This document shows positions 47,003 through 56,207 of a DNA stretch of 57,716 nt, piece by piece. The first letter of the stretch is position 1; each line of letters opens with the position of its first letter. The position numbers and the translations under genes were made by a program. The stretch covers positions 1 to 57,716 of the IMG/VR virus record IMGVR_UViG_3300025132_008330; one strand, given 5' to 3'. The DNA comes from a virus. Lineage: Duplodnaviria; Caudoviricetes. The notes below the pieces were generated by a model. That model searched no databases and had not been told where the DNA came from. It was given only the letters and a program-made list of their open reading frames with translations.

Positions 47003-47819
47003 TAATGCACCTTTCTAATCCTTTTTCAAGTCCATACAATTGCAAATCTAATGAATATAGCTTTTGCCCATCTCCGGTATATTCCGTATGATAACCGCTT
47101 TGCTTTATTGACACATTTTCAAAAGACTTTCCCATAAGTTTATTAATTTTGTTTGCTATTTCTAGCAAAGACTTGTTGCTATTATAACACAAATTGATAT
47201 CTTTTGCTAATCTTTTTTTCGAAATATTTTCAATATAATGCTCTACAACCTTACACAAATCTTCTATGTAAATAAAGTCCATGTATCTATTTTGATGTAT
47301 TTCTATTGGTTTGCCTTCTTTTACGCTTCTCACTGCTGACTTAACAAATCTTGTATCTGGCTCATCTTGCCCAAAACAGCCGAATATGCGGAGGTTGTAA
47401 AAGTTTTCTAATTTATCTATCTCTCTTTTGATAATCTTCTTTGACAATCCATAATAATCAAAGGGGCAAGATTCATCATTTTCTTTTGCTGATGATATAT
47501 CGGTTCTTCTGTCAAACTCTGCACCAGAGCCGAAATGAATTAAATATCCAAATTTATGTTTGTTTTTGACAAGATTATCAAACATTAACAAGTTGTTTAC
47601 TAAAGTATGAGTATTGTCCTCTTGGGTTCTATTTCCGCCAGATACGGCTGTGTGAATGACAATATCTATTTGATGATCATCAAAAAAGTTATCTACTTGA
47701 TCTTTATTTAAGACATCTAAAGTCTTTCTACTGGTCAAATATACATTGTGTTTATTTTTGATTGTTTTATAAATATTTGTGGCAATAAACCCATTACCAC
47801 CAGTAATTAATATATTCAT
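46995..47819 (-). CDS. NAD-dependent epimerase/reductase (extended SDR)
   Basis: ILITGGNGFIA, GSGAEF, YGLSK (YxxxK), LRIFGCFG, DFIYIEDL. Confidence 0.85.
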   Translation of the reverse strand: MNILITGGNGFIATNIYKTIKNKHNVYLTSRKTLDVLNKDQVDNFFDDHQIDIVIHTAVSGGNRTQEDNTHTLVNNLLMFDNLVKNKHKFGYLIHFGSGAEFDRRTDISSAKENDESCPFDYYGLSKKIIKREIDKLENFYNLRIFGCFGQDEPDTRFVKSAVRSVKEGKPIEIHQNRYMDFIYIEDLCKVVEHYIENISKKRLAKDINLCYNSNKSLLEIANKINKLMGKSFENVSIKQSGYHTEYTGDGQKLYSLDLQLYGLEKGLERCINV

Positions 47820-48292
47820 CTTTTCAAATTAATGTAAGAAGGCTTTCCATTATTCATGAACTCGCCAAATTGGTATTGTAATTCATCTTCTGTGCTCGGC
47901 TTCATGGAAACAATATTCTTAAATGTTTTCATAACTTCCATATCTTCCTCTGCCCAATGTGAAAATCCAAGATACCCATAGTCTCTATCTCTTCCACCGC
48001 CAACTAACTTTACGCAGACTTTTTCGTGGTCTAGATAGTTTCTTATAATCTCAAATGGTCTGTAAAGCAAAAAGGGTGTTATTGAATATACAACGGGGAC
48101 TTTGCCTTCCATGGCAATTCCAGACGCTGCTCCAAGTAAAAGTTGTTCTGATGATCCTACATTGTAGAATCTGTCGTTGTAATCTATGCGGATTCTATCC
48201 CATAGACCATAACCAAGATCACCTGTCAGTAAAATGATTTTATCATTTCTTGCCATCTCTTTGTGCAACAATGTGCTAAATGTTTTTCTCAT
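47816..48292 (-). CDS. Transketolase-like pyrimidine-binding subunit (short)
   Basis: LTGDLGYG, RFYNVGSSEQ...ASGIAMEG, RPFEIIRN, GFSH.A.ED. At 158 aa it lacks the usual C-terminal domain. Confidence 0.85.
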   Translation of the reverse strand: MRKTFSTLLHKEMARNDKIILLTGDLGYGLWDRIRIDYNDRFYNVGSSEQLLLGAASGIAMEGKVPVVYSITPFLLYRPFEIIRNYLDHEKVCVKLVGGGRDRDYGYLGFSHWAEEDMEVMKTFKNIVSMKPSTEDELQYQFGEFMNNGKPSYINLKR

Positions 48293-48919
48293 CTAACTCT
48301 CCATCACCTCTTTGTAATCATCTTCTTTCATTACATGATAGTGTGCATTTAAGCCGCACAAGAAAGAATAGTGAGACACATTAGTTCTGCGAAGATTTAT
48401 ATCTGGTAGAAACGCAACAAGTCTTTTTTCTAAGTATTCAACATCAATGGCATCATATGCAGCATACCCGTTGATATTAACATATATTTTGATGTTGTCA
48501 AGTTTTGATTCTTTTATAAACCTTAACCCTTCCCATATAGAACCCTCTGCGGATTCTCCATCAGAAATTAAACAATACACTTTTCTATTTTTGTTTGCCA
48601 TGGCTCTACCAATAGCAACCAATAAACCAAGCCCAAGGCTTCCGGTTGAGCAGTATATTTTATTTTGTTCATCTCTATGAGGATGCCCTCCATGTTTTAT
48701 AAACATCTCTTCTGCATTTGTGCCTTCGTATTTTTCCATCACCACATAAAGAGCCAGAGCGGCGTGACCAGAGGATAAAATAAAAATATCATCTTCGGAC
48801 TTTTCTTTATAAATTTCTTCAATAATTTCTAAACTAGAAAAATAACTTCCGAGATGACTCAGTTTGTGCTTATACGCTATTTCTGCTATTCTCTTTTTTA
48901 AGTCCATTTTTCTTTCCAA
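48293..48919 (-). CDS. Transketolase-like ThDP-binding subunit
   Basis: SHLGS..S, FILSSGHAALALY, HP, STGSLGLGL, SDGESAEGSIWE...NIN ThDP motif. Start may be the second Met. Confidence 0.88.
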   Translation of the reverse strand: MERKMDLKKRIAEIAYKHKLSHLGSYFSSLEIIEEIYKEKSEDDIFILSSGHAALALYVVMEKYEGTNAEEMFIKHGGHPHRDEQNKIYCSTGSLGLGLLVAIGRAMANKNRKVYCLISDGESAEGSIWEGLRFIKESKLDNIKIYVNINGYAAYDAIDVEYLEKRLVAFLPDINLRRTNVSHYSFLCGLNAHYHVMKEDDYKEVMES

Positions 48920-49632
48920 TAGTCTTGTATCATTTTGTCGTAATTCTTACCCTCTTTTTGCACACTCCAAGTTGCTTGCTCTGGGTGCCACCTGTAGTAA
49001 TATCCCAAGAAAATATTTGCTGGAAATATAAACACTCCGTTTTCTGCTAAGTTGCAGTACAAGTCATAGTCTGCTGCGCCACCATATAACTCAGGCTTTG
49101 TTTCAAGTAATCCGTCTTCATACAATTGCCTATTATACACTGCTGTGGGACTATTGACTGGGCATCTCTGAAGGGCTAAAGATTTAAATTGGCTTATATT
49201 TTTATAGAAATGTTTTGTCTCTGCCGTATTTGTATTGCCATTTACATCAATTCCAACGATTGGGCTTTGCAAAACTTTAACTTTATCTGGTGCCTTGAGG
49301 ATAAACTTTAGGTTATTTTCCACAAATTTAGGACCATATATATCATCAGAAGCAAGAGTAAAAAGATATTCCCCAGTTGCAATAGAAAAGCCTTTTTGCC
49401 TTGCTTCGTCCCAACAATTAGGGTAGATATTTTCTGCCGTATCAATTATTACTTTGCTGTTTTGACTAAACTTGTCTGTCAATATTTGCAAACTGTCGTC
49501 TTTGCTTTCGTTGTCAACAACAATGACTTCTAAGTTTTCATAAGTTTGATTTAGAGCAGAGTTTACGCACTGCTCAATCCATTTTTCTGCATTATAACAT
49601 GGTATAATTATTGATACTTTTGGATTATTCAT
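48898..49632 (-). CDS. Glycosyltransferase family 2
   Basis: VSIIIPCYNAEKWIEQCVNSALNQTY, VVDNESKD, ASDD, ADYDLY. Confidence 0.9.
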   Translation of the reverse strand: MNNPKVSIIIPCYNAEKWIEQCVNSALNQTYENLEVIVVDNESKDDSLQILTDKFSQNSKVIIDTAENIYPNCWDEARQKGFSIATGEYLFTLASDDIYGPKFVENNLKFILKAPDKVKVLQSPIVGIDVNGNTNTAETKHFYKNISQFKSLALQRCPVNSPTAVYNRQLYEDGLLETKPELYGGAADYDLYCNLAENGVFIFPANIFLGYYYRWHPEQATWSVQKEGKNYDKMIQDYWKEKWT

Positions 49633-50612
49633 AGCTCTAACATCTGTTTAATTCTATTGTTATAAGTGTGATTTTCCGCAATCATTTTTCGATTTTTCTC
49701 CTTAATAGAGTTTAACTGCTCTTCGCTCATATTAACATATTCCTTTACAAATTTCACCATTTCTTTTGGATCATTTGTCATTTTTACATCAGGAAACAGT
49801 TTACCAAGATGATTTATCTTATCACTAACTAAAACTCCGGTCAAACCTAAGCATTTAAAAGTTCTTTCATTTGTATCCAATCCAAGAGTTCTCTGATAAG
49901 CGTCATGTATATTTATTGCCACTTTTGAGTTGTATAATAGTTTATTTTCTTGCTCATGTGTCAAATTTTTACCTACAAAAAATCCACATTTTAGACCACT
50001 ATCTTTAAAAGCTTTAAAATGAGATACCATGATTTTATATTTTTCATCAAACCCATTATCCGCTCTACTGCCCACATAACAAACATCAAATTTGTATTTG
50101 TCATCTTCAATGTGCTCATATGATAAATTATCATAGGCTAGCGGGATGGTGGTCACCTCTCCCCAAAGAGGGAAAAATTTATCTTTTATGTTTTCCATAT
50201 CCATAAAAGACCAAGATGTGATATTGTCTTGTTGATTTATGTGACTAATCATTTTTTCGTTGCACATGGAAACAAAATTATTATGGGATCCCCATGGTGC
50301 AGGGAATGAATTAGGCTGAGAATGCAAGAAAATTCTTTTTGCAGAAGAAAGCAATAAGTCTGTCTTTTGCTTATCAATCAATTTTTGCTCTGCGAAAGAA
50401 TTGAGCGTCCTATAAAAATAATCAGTGATCATAAATATATGTTCATTTTTATTGCAAGCTTCTGAAGTTGCGTACTTATCGATTTCCTGTGGTGTGCCTC
50501 TTATGTAGATAGCTTCGTAACCTTGCTCTTCCCAAGCCCTCTTGTACCCTTCATATATCCATTGTCCGGCGCCTGTAATATCACTACAATCTTGTATAAA
50601 AACCGCTTTCAT
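49629..50612 (-). CDS. Glycosyltransferase, CgeB/Glyco_trans_1_2-like
   Basis: DVCYVGS, LYNSKVAINIH, NERTFK, LVSD, ENHTYNNR. Confidence 0.75.
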   Translation of the reverse strand: MKAVFIQDCSDITGAGQWIYEGYKRAWEEQGYEAIYIRGTPQEIDKYATSEACNKNEHIFMITDYFYRTLNSFAEQKLIDKQKTDLLLSSAKRIFLHSQPNSFPAPWGSHNNFVSMCNEKMISHINQQDNITSWSFMDMENIKDKFFPLWGEVTTIPLAYDNLSYEHIEDDKYKFDVCYVGSRADNGFDEKYKIMVSHFKAFKDSGLKCGFFVGKNLTHEQENKLLYNSKVAINIHDAYQRTLGLDTNERTFKCLGLTGVLVSDKINHLGKLFPDVKMTNDPKEMVKFVKEYVNMSEEQLNSIKEKNRKMIAENHTYNNRIKQMLEL

Positions 50613-51541
50613 ATTTTACATATCTCCTTTAATATTTGATCCATCCTCTCGTGAGAACAATGTTCCATTGCAAACCTGTCATTTCCGCTTTTTGCTATTC
50701 TTTTTCTCAAATTTTCTTTTTTTAATAGTATCGATATTTTTTGCAAGAGTTGTTCACTATCTTCAAAGCAAACTATTTCTTTATCGATATCGAAAAAATA
50801 CTCTAATCCTTCATGATACTCACTCATGACCATTGTATCTTTAGCTGCTGCTATCTCGAAGGGTCTCAGTTTCATCTGAGTTTTTACTGGATTACCATTA
50901 TAGTTTTTGCTGAAATTTAATCCGATCTTTGTTTCACTCCACACCTTTGTCATTTCACTATGAGATAACCCGTGAAAATTGTGTACACTAATACCATTAT
51001 CTCTCAGATATTTTATGTACCCTATTCTATCGGGATTGTTCAATTGACCAATAAACGAAACATCATATTTTTTCTCGTGATTTTCAGTAGGATAAAACTT
51101 TTGATTGGTATGCCATCCTCCAACGATTATATTGTTGTATCCTATGTTTTTATATTTATCAACATACTTCGGCTCTGGTGTTGAACATACATTGAAATAT
51201 TGACACGCTATTGTTGAAAAAGTGTCAAATCTCCAAGTGTCGTCACAAAACCAATTAAATGTTTTAATATTTCCTTTTTTAGTTATTTCCACAATTGATT
51301 CCATGGCTGTTTTTTCAGCAGGAGCAATTGTAAGGTCGCCGGTTATGCATGCAAATATTAAATCTGGCTTAAATGTATCGACGACCTTTTGATAGTCAGG
51401 CTCTTGTGGGCTAACTGTGTCCCAAAAGTAAACATCGTGACCTAAATCTTTTAATGGAAGGTATATGTTATAATACCCTCCATCAATCCATTTTGTTTTG
51501 CCGTTTGATAAAGTTTTATTGGTAGTCAATAAGATTTTCAT
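50609..51541 (-). CDS. Glycosyltransferase, CgeB/Glyco_trans_1_2-like
   Basis: NWFCDD.WR, YDVSFIGQ, TKIGLNFS, KLRPFEIAA. Start reassigned to ATG 51541 (MKILL), ATGA-coupled to the upstream gene. Confidence 0.78.
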   Translation of the reverse strand: MKILLTTNKTLSNGKTKWIDGGYYNIYLPLKDLGHDVYFWDTVSPQEPDYQKVVDTFKPDLIFACITGDLTIAPAEKTAMESIVEITKKGNIKTFNWFCDDTWRFDTFSTIACQYFNVCSTPEPKYVDKYKNIGYNNIIVGGWHTNQKFYPTENHEKKYDVSFIGQLNNPDRIGYIKYLRDNGISVHNFHGLSHSEMTKVWSETKIGLNFSKNYNGNPVKTQMKLRPFEIAAAKDTMVMSEYHEGLEYFFDIDKEIVCFEDSEQLLQKISILLKKENLRKRIAKSGNDRFAMEHCSHERMDQILKEICKI

Positions 51542-52383
51542 GCTAAGTATTTTAGCACAATTTCCGGGATTTGTAATCTTTTTTCTCTCATTTTTTGAAT
51601 AAGAGGGGTGCCTTTTAATTTGAACCACTCTTCGCTTGTGGCACCTATTTTTTTGTTTGTTACTACTCTGCAATTTAACATACGAGCTTCAACGACAATC
51701 CTAGAAAGGGTTTCTAAAGTCTTTGGAAAGAATATAAGGGTCTTATTTTTATTTAATTGTGTTAGGAATTGTTTATGAGAGCATGGCATTATTTTTTCAT
51801 ATTTTAGATTGTTCACCTTGCAGTAAAGTATAGATTCTTCAACATTTTTATTAGCTATGTCAGAGTACATAATTGAGCAAACACCCTCTTTATCCTCTTG
51901 CAAAGTTGATATTTCCTCTAGGTAATCCAATAACTCTTCAGACCATAAATTACCAGAGACACTAACAATATTGTCTAAATTTAAATTTCTCTCAACAACT
52001 CTCATGTGTAATTTAGATTGGCATATGATAGCTTTAGCGCACTCATAAAACTGTTTATTTACTATTTGGTCCTCTGGTGCTTTGTAGTTTTTAAACAAGG
52101 AGGGATCTCTTGTTCTTAAATACTTGTGATCATGTTCATATATTATATAAGAGTAGTTTTCTGATATGTAATCTTTGACTTCTTTTGATAGCCAAATAAA
52201 GTTAGCAATAATTAGCCCAACTTCTTTGTCAGGGAGATGGTCAATAGTTAAGCCACGAGTGTGGTACTTTTTTACATCATTTCCCTTATTTATTAATAGC
52301 TTAATTAATTCTTCGTTGTTTAATTCTCCGCCCCCATTGATTCCATCTTCGACAAATAGGTCGGCTAAAAAAGCTATTTTCAT
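51538..52383 (-). CDS. Divergent GT-B glycosyltransferase (GT4-like)
   Basis: MKIAFLAD...GGGE N-terminus, YEHDH, FFPKTLETLSRIVVEARMLNC (E-x7-E). Confidence 0.65.
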   Translation of the reverse strand: MKIAFLADLFVEDGINGGGELNNEELIKLLINKGNDVKKYHTRGLTIDHLPDKEVGLIIANFIWLSKEVKDYISENYSYIIYEHDHKYLRTRDPSLFKNYKAPEDQIVNKQFYECAKAIICQSKLHMRVVERNLNLDNIVSVSGNLWSEELLDYLEEISTLQEDKEGVCSIMYSDIANKNVEESILYCKVNNLKYEKIMPCSHKQFLTQLNKNKTLIFFPKTLETLSRIVVEARMLNCRVVTNKKIGATSEEWFKLKGTPLIQKMREKRLQIPEIVLKYLA

Positions 52384-52388
52384 GTCAA

Positions 52389-52847
52389 TTATTTTCCTTG
52401 ATTTTTAAGGGTGGCGAGACGGGGTTGGGCATTGACCAAATCACTAGAGCTTTGTACTTTTCCACCACCTACGCCCCAGATTAGATGTACACCCAGTTCT
52501 TCTGCGACTGGGATTTCTGGGATATTGTCGGAGGTTCTATCTCCACCATTGGCAAACGCTACTTTAAAATCAGGCCACAAAGCCCTAACTCGGCGCAAGA
52601 GATCACAAGCACTATTATCATTATCGTCGAATTCCATGGCTTTGGCAACTCCTCGTACACCTTGAACCATTTCTATTCTTTCTTCACATGGCATAAAAAC
52701 ATAGCCTTTTTTTCTCATTAACCACTCGTCTGAGTTAACCCCTACGACAACGATTTGAGCCATCTTTGCAGATTCTTGAATCATACGGAGGTGACCAACA
52801 TGCATAGGGTCAAACCCTCCACTCAAAACAACGACATCATAATACAT
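52389..52847 (-). CDS. Cytidylyltransferase-like nucleotidyltransferase (TagD/RfaE-II/FAD synthase family)
   Basis: SGGFDPMHVGH (HxGH), GVNSD, ER, FANGGDR, KVQSSS. Confidence 0.88.
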   Translation of the reverse strand: MYYDVVVLSGGFDPMHVGHLRMIQESAKMAQIVVVGVNSDEWLMRKKGYVFMPCEERIEMVQGVRGVAKAMEFDDNDNSACDLLRRVRALWPDFKVAFANGGDRTSDNIPEIPVAEELGVHLIWGVGGGKVQSSSDLVNAQPRLATLKNQGK

Positions 52848-54166
52848 TATTCAAACACCTCCTCTCCCAAAGAGTCGAGCCAATTTTCTACATCAAACTC
52901 CTCTTGCTTATATACAGCATCTGAGAATTGCTTATATTGATTAGCATTTGTAAATCTAGATCTTAGATATTTATTTAAATCAGTTGCTGTTTTTTTATAA
53001 TCTTTATAATTTTCGTAAACATCTTGCAGGGCGATCTTGTAACTATTCTCTACTGGGTATGCCCACAACGCATGTTCTTCTATCACACCTTTCCAGACTG
53101 CATGTGGTGGGACCTGACCCATTTGATGATTAACTTTTGCAAAATAAGGAATCATTTTCTTTTTAGATTTTTTGCTTTTTCTTCCTTTTTCTGGTGCATA
53201 TAAGAAATCAACTTGCCCGCTCCAACCCATGGCAACAACTGGGACTTTATGATACGCTGCCTCGAACATTGGTAGTCCAAAACCTTCGCCGTGAGCGAGA
53301 TTAATAAACCCCTTCACGCTGTTGTGTTGATATAACCCGTTCATTTCCTCTTCGGTCATGTCGCCATGCAAAAGATAAACTTTACACTTGCTGCCCTTTA
53401 AACGATCAGAGTTAAGAAGGTTTTTCATCCTATCTTTTGACAACTCCCTGTCAATATTCGAAGTATTTTTCACTGCTGCTTTAACTATTAGTCCAACATC
53501 TTCGTTGTCTTTAAAGTGCTCAACAAACCACCCGACCGTGGCCTCCAAGTTTTTCCTCGGACCCCATTGAGCAATTGTTAAAAAATTAAATTTTGTTGGA
53601 AACTTATGATCAAATTTAACAGTTTCTGTCTCTTTTACTGGATAATTGACAACCTCAATTTCTGGATGTTGATCATTGTCTTCTTGCAACTTCAATTTCT
53701 GTACGATATTTCCTTCTCTATCTTGCATATCATATGATGTATTGTAAAAGACATCTTTTGCATGATTTGAAACAACAATAATTTTGTCCATTTCCATACA
53801 TTTTTGAATCCATATCGCTGATGTTCTGTCAGTTTCAATTCCGGCAGTATATCCGACATTATAAGCAGCCAAATCTGCGTCCCACTCATTAGGAATAGTC
53901 ACCTGCAATGATATATCGTATTTTTGCTTACTTGGAACACTTTGAGTTTGAGATTCGAAAATCATTGTCTTTTCTATAAGGGAGTCGATCCAGCGTCTTT
54001 CCTCATTGTTTTCCCAAGTCCAACTAAGTTGTCCCCAATTCGTTGGGACAACATGTATGTCAAACCTTTCCTCATGTTCTCTAAGAGACCTCATTGCAAA
54101 ACGAGCTTGCTCTCCATATCCAGACCTGCTCAAGACTGGACCTTTAACTAAAATTCTTTTTCTCAT
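52847..54166 (-). CDS. Glycosyltransferase family 4-like
   Basis: SRSGYG, AGIETD, RKN, GEGFGLPMFEA, GWSGQVDF. Confidence 0.85.
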   Translation of the reverse strand: MRKRILVKGPVLSRSGYGEQARFAMRSLREHEERFDIHVVPTNWGQLSWTWENNEERRWIDSLIEKTMIFESQTQSVPSKQKYDISLQVTIPNEWDADLAAYNVGYTAGIETDRTSAIWIQKCMEMDKIIVVSNHAKDVFYNTSYDMQDREGNIVQKLKLQEDNDQHPEIEVVNYPVKETETVKFDHKFPTKFNFLTIAQWGPRKNLEATVGWFVEHFKDNEDVGLIVKAAVKNTSNIDRELSKDRMKNLLNSDRLKGSKCKVYLLHGDMTEEEMNGLYQHNSVKGFINLAHGEGFGLPMFEAAYHKVPVVAMGWSGQVDFLYAPEKGRKSKKSKKKMIPYFAKVNHQMGQVPPHAVWKGVIEEHALWAYPVENSYKIALQDVYENYKDYKKTATDLNKYLRSRFTNANQYKQFSDAVYKQEEFDVENWLDSLGEEVFE

Positions 54167-55441
54167 TTATAACTCCGTAATGCTCCATGGTTTATACCCT
54201 TTTCTAGTATCCCAAGAGCCGCACTTTTCATGGATACTCGTCATAATATCAATCCATGTTTTATTGAAATTTTCAAAATTATAATTCTTTAAAACATGCT
54301 GTCTTCCTTTTCGACCCAACTCTTGTCTTTCTTCTTTCCCAATCTCATACATCTTATTTAATGCAGCGACAAAATCCTCTTCAGAAATTCTGTCTTCGTA
54401 AATATATGGAACTTGCTGAGATCCGATCAGGGCTTTTGAACACGGCTCAATACCTACACCAAACCATTCTTCTCCATCTGTCACTTGCTCCTGAAGACCA
54501 CCTGTCATGTTTACAACAATTGGAGTTCCACATGACAATGACTCTAAAGTTCCCAACCCAAACCCTTCAGCATCAGAAATATTAACGGTGACATCGGAAA
54601 TATTATACATTGCTGCTAGATTGTGTGGCGGAACTTTGTCTGTTGATATTAATACCTGTCCCTCATTGAGATTAAAATCCGAAAGTATCGCATTGATGTC
54701 CTGTCCATATGGATCATTTGGATCAGTGTGCAAAAGAAGAACGCACTTTTCTGCTTCTTTTTGATCAAGTTGTTTCAAAAAAGAGTCATACCAGTGAATA
54801 AGTGTTCCGGTTTGTTTTCTTTTTGCATTTCTGTTGTTCCACATGATGACAAACTTATCATCGGACCCAAAGTATTTCTCTCTTAACTCCTTTCTTTTAT
54901 CTTCATCTTCCAAGAGATTAAAGATGCTAGAATCAACCGCATGTGGAACATAAGACGACTCGACATCTTGCGTTGTCTGCTTCACAATATCGTGTGTCAC
55001 CTTAGAAATACATGCTATATAATCGTTTGAATCGTAGAATTTTTTATTGTATTTTGGAGCAGGATAATTATCCCATACATGATAATAAACCATAGGCATC
55101 AATGGTCTAATTTCATTTTCCATTTCCCATAGCCATTCCCAGAATCTAGGGTCTGTCATAAACCACAGCATGTCTGGCTTCTGAGTTCTGATTAAAGACC
55201 TTATAGCCTCTTGGTTTCCATATCCGTCAACAGGTTGAATTATCCAATCGTCTCCATATCCTTCTACTTTTGTAGGACTATAGTCATTATGTTTAATAGC
55301 TCCAGCCAAAGAAAATACTTGAAACTTTCCAGTTTTTAAAAGAGCTTCAATCATGTATTTTGTTTGAGTTCCAACACCCGATGGAGATAGTGGGTGGTCA
55401 CTAATGGTGAGTATTTTTATTTTTTTGTCTGTCATGGGCAA
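54167..55441 (-). CDS. Glycosyltransferase family 4-like
   Basis: SDHPLSPSGVG, PHAVD, NRNAKRK, AEGFGLGTLESLSCGTP, TGGLQEQV. Confidence 0.88.
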   Translation of the reverse strand: MPMTDKKIKILTISDHPLSPSGVGTQTKYMIEALLKTGKFQVFSLAGAIKHNDYSPTKVEGYGDDWIIQPVDGYGNQEAIRSLIRTQKPDMLWFMTDPRFWEWLWEMENEIRPLMPMVYYHVWDNYPAPKYNKKFYDSNDYIACISKVTHDIVKQTTQDVESSYVPHAVDSSIFNLLEDEDKRKELREKYFGSDDKFVIMWNNRNAKRKQTGTLIHWYDSFLKQLDQKEAEKCVLLLHTDPNDPYGQDINAILSDFNLNEGQVLISTDKVPPHNLAAMYNISDVTVNISDAEGFGLGTLESLSCGTPIVVNMTGGLQEQVTDGEEWFGVGIEPCSKALIGSQQVPYIYEDRISEEDFVAALNKMYEIGKEERQELGRKGRQHVLKNYNFENFNKTWIDIMTSIHEKCGSWDTRKGYKPWSITEL

Positions 55442-56205
55442 TGTTCCGTTCTGTGAAATTCACACTTACTGCAAGCAAGTCTGTTTTTTATGAAGTTTTT
55501 CTTTTCAATATTGTATACAGCCTTTTTCAAAAAGTTAAGAGCATTTTCTGTTTTTTTTGTGCCGCTTGTGACACGAAAGATCTCTACTCTATCTTTTTTG
55601 GCTGTTCTTTTAAGCAGCGCAAAGTAAGTCTCCACAAGCTTTGGCTCAACATTGTGCTTTTTTGCCCAAAAATGTTTGTAAAAAGTAAGTTGATATGTCA
55701 TCATAGGATCAGATCGTCGTTTAGCATCCCAACCCCAAGAGCATGTTTTCCAGTCAATGATGTGATACCTGCCTTCGGGAGTTCTAATAATTAAATCAAT
55801 AAACCCCTTAAACTTATCTACCTCTTTTGGTTGAAAATACTCAATCATTTCCATCAAATCTTCCTCGGCGGCAACTACTTCATACTCACCGAAGTGCTCT
55901 TTCAAAGCAGGAAGGACCTCATCAAGGATAGGTGGGGCTTGAATCTTCATTTTTTCCACCAAATCACCCGATTTTTCGACATTTTCAGGCAAATTATCAA
56001 GTATTTCCTTGAATTTTAGTTGAAAAAAGGACTTTTTGTCGTCTAAACCCTCGGTCATCATCTTTTCACATGTGTCGTGAATAGCGTTACCAAAGGCGGT
56101 AAAAGCGTTACCTTGGAAGCCTTTTACCTTGTCTAAGTTCATTAATTTGTGATAATAAGGACAAAAGTTCCAGTTTTTTGCCTCTGAGAAGCTAATGTGA
56201 GCCAT
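55432..56205 (-). CDS. PD-(D/E)XK exonuclease, Cas4/AddB-like
   Basis: ISFS...CPY, FGNAIH, GFIDL...IIDWKT, QLTFY, C-terminal CSKCEF....CP. Confidence 0.85.
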   Translation of the reverse strand: MAHISFSEAKNWNFCPYYHKLMNLDKVKGFQGNAFTAFGNAIHDTCEKMMTEGLDDKKSFFQLKFKEILDNLPENVEKSGDLVEKMKIQAPPILDEVLPALKEHFGEYEVVAAEEDLMEMIEYFQPKEVDKFKGFIDLIIRTPEGRYHIIDWKTCSWGWDAKRRSDPMMTYQLTFYKHFWAKKHNVEPKLVETYFALLKRTAKKDRVEIFRVTSGTKKTENALNFLKKAVYNIEKKNFIKNRLACSKCEFHRTEHCP

Positions 56206-56207
56206 TT

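Noticed and set aside
51542-51673. N-terminal extension of the 354 aa ORF 50609..51673
   Set aside because: It overlaps the upstream GT by 136 bp. The ATG at 51541 gives a typical MKILL start with ATGA coupling.
38670-55441. Bacterial O-antigen/capsule locus, i.e. a host chromosome with a prophage
   Set aside because: No wzx/wzy/wzm/wzt, initiating transferase, integrase or housekeeping genes. The cluster is joined by overlapping or abutting genes to phage-type genes on both sides. A chimeric assembly cannot be fully excluded without reads.
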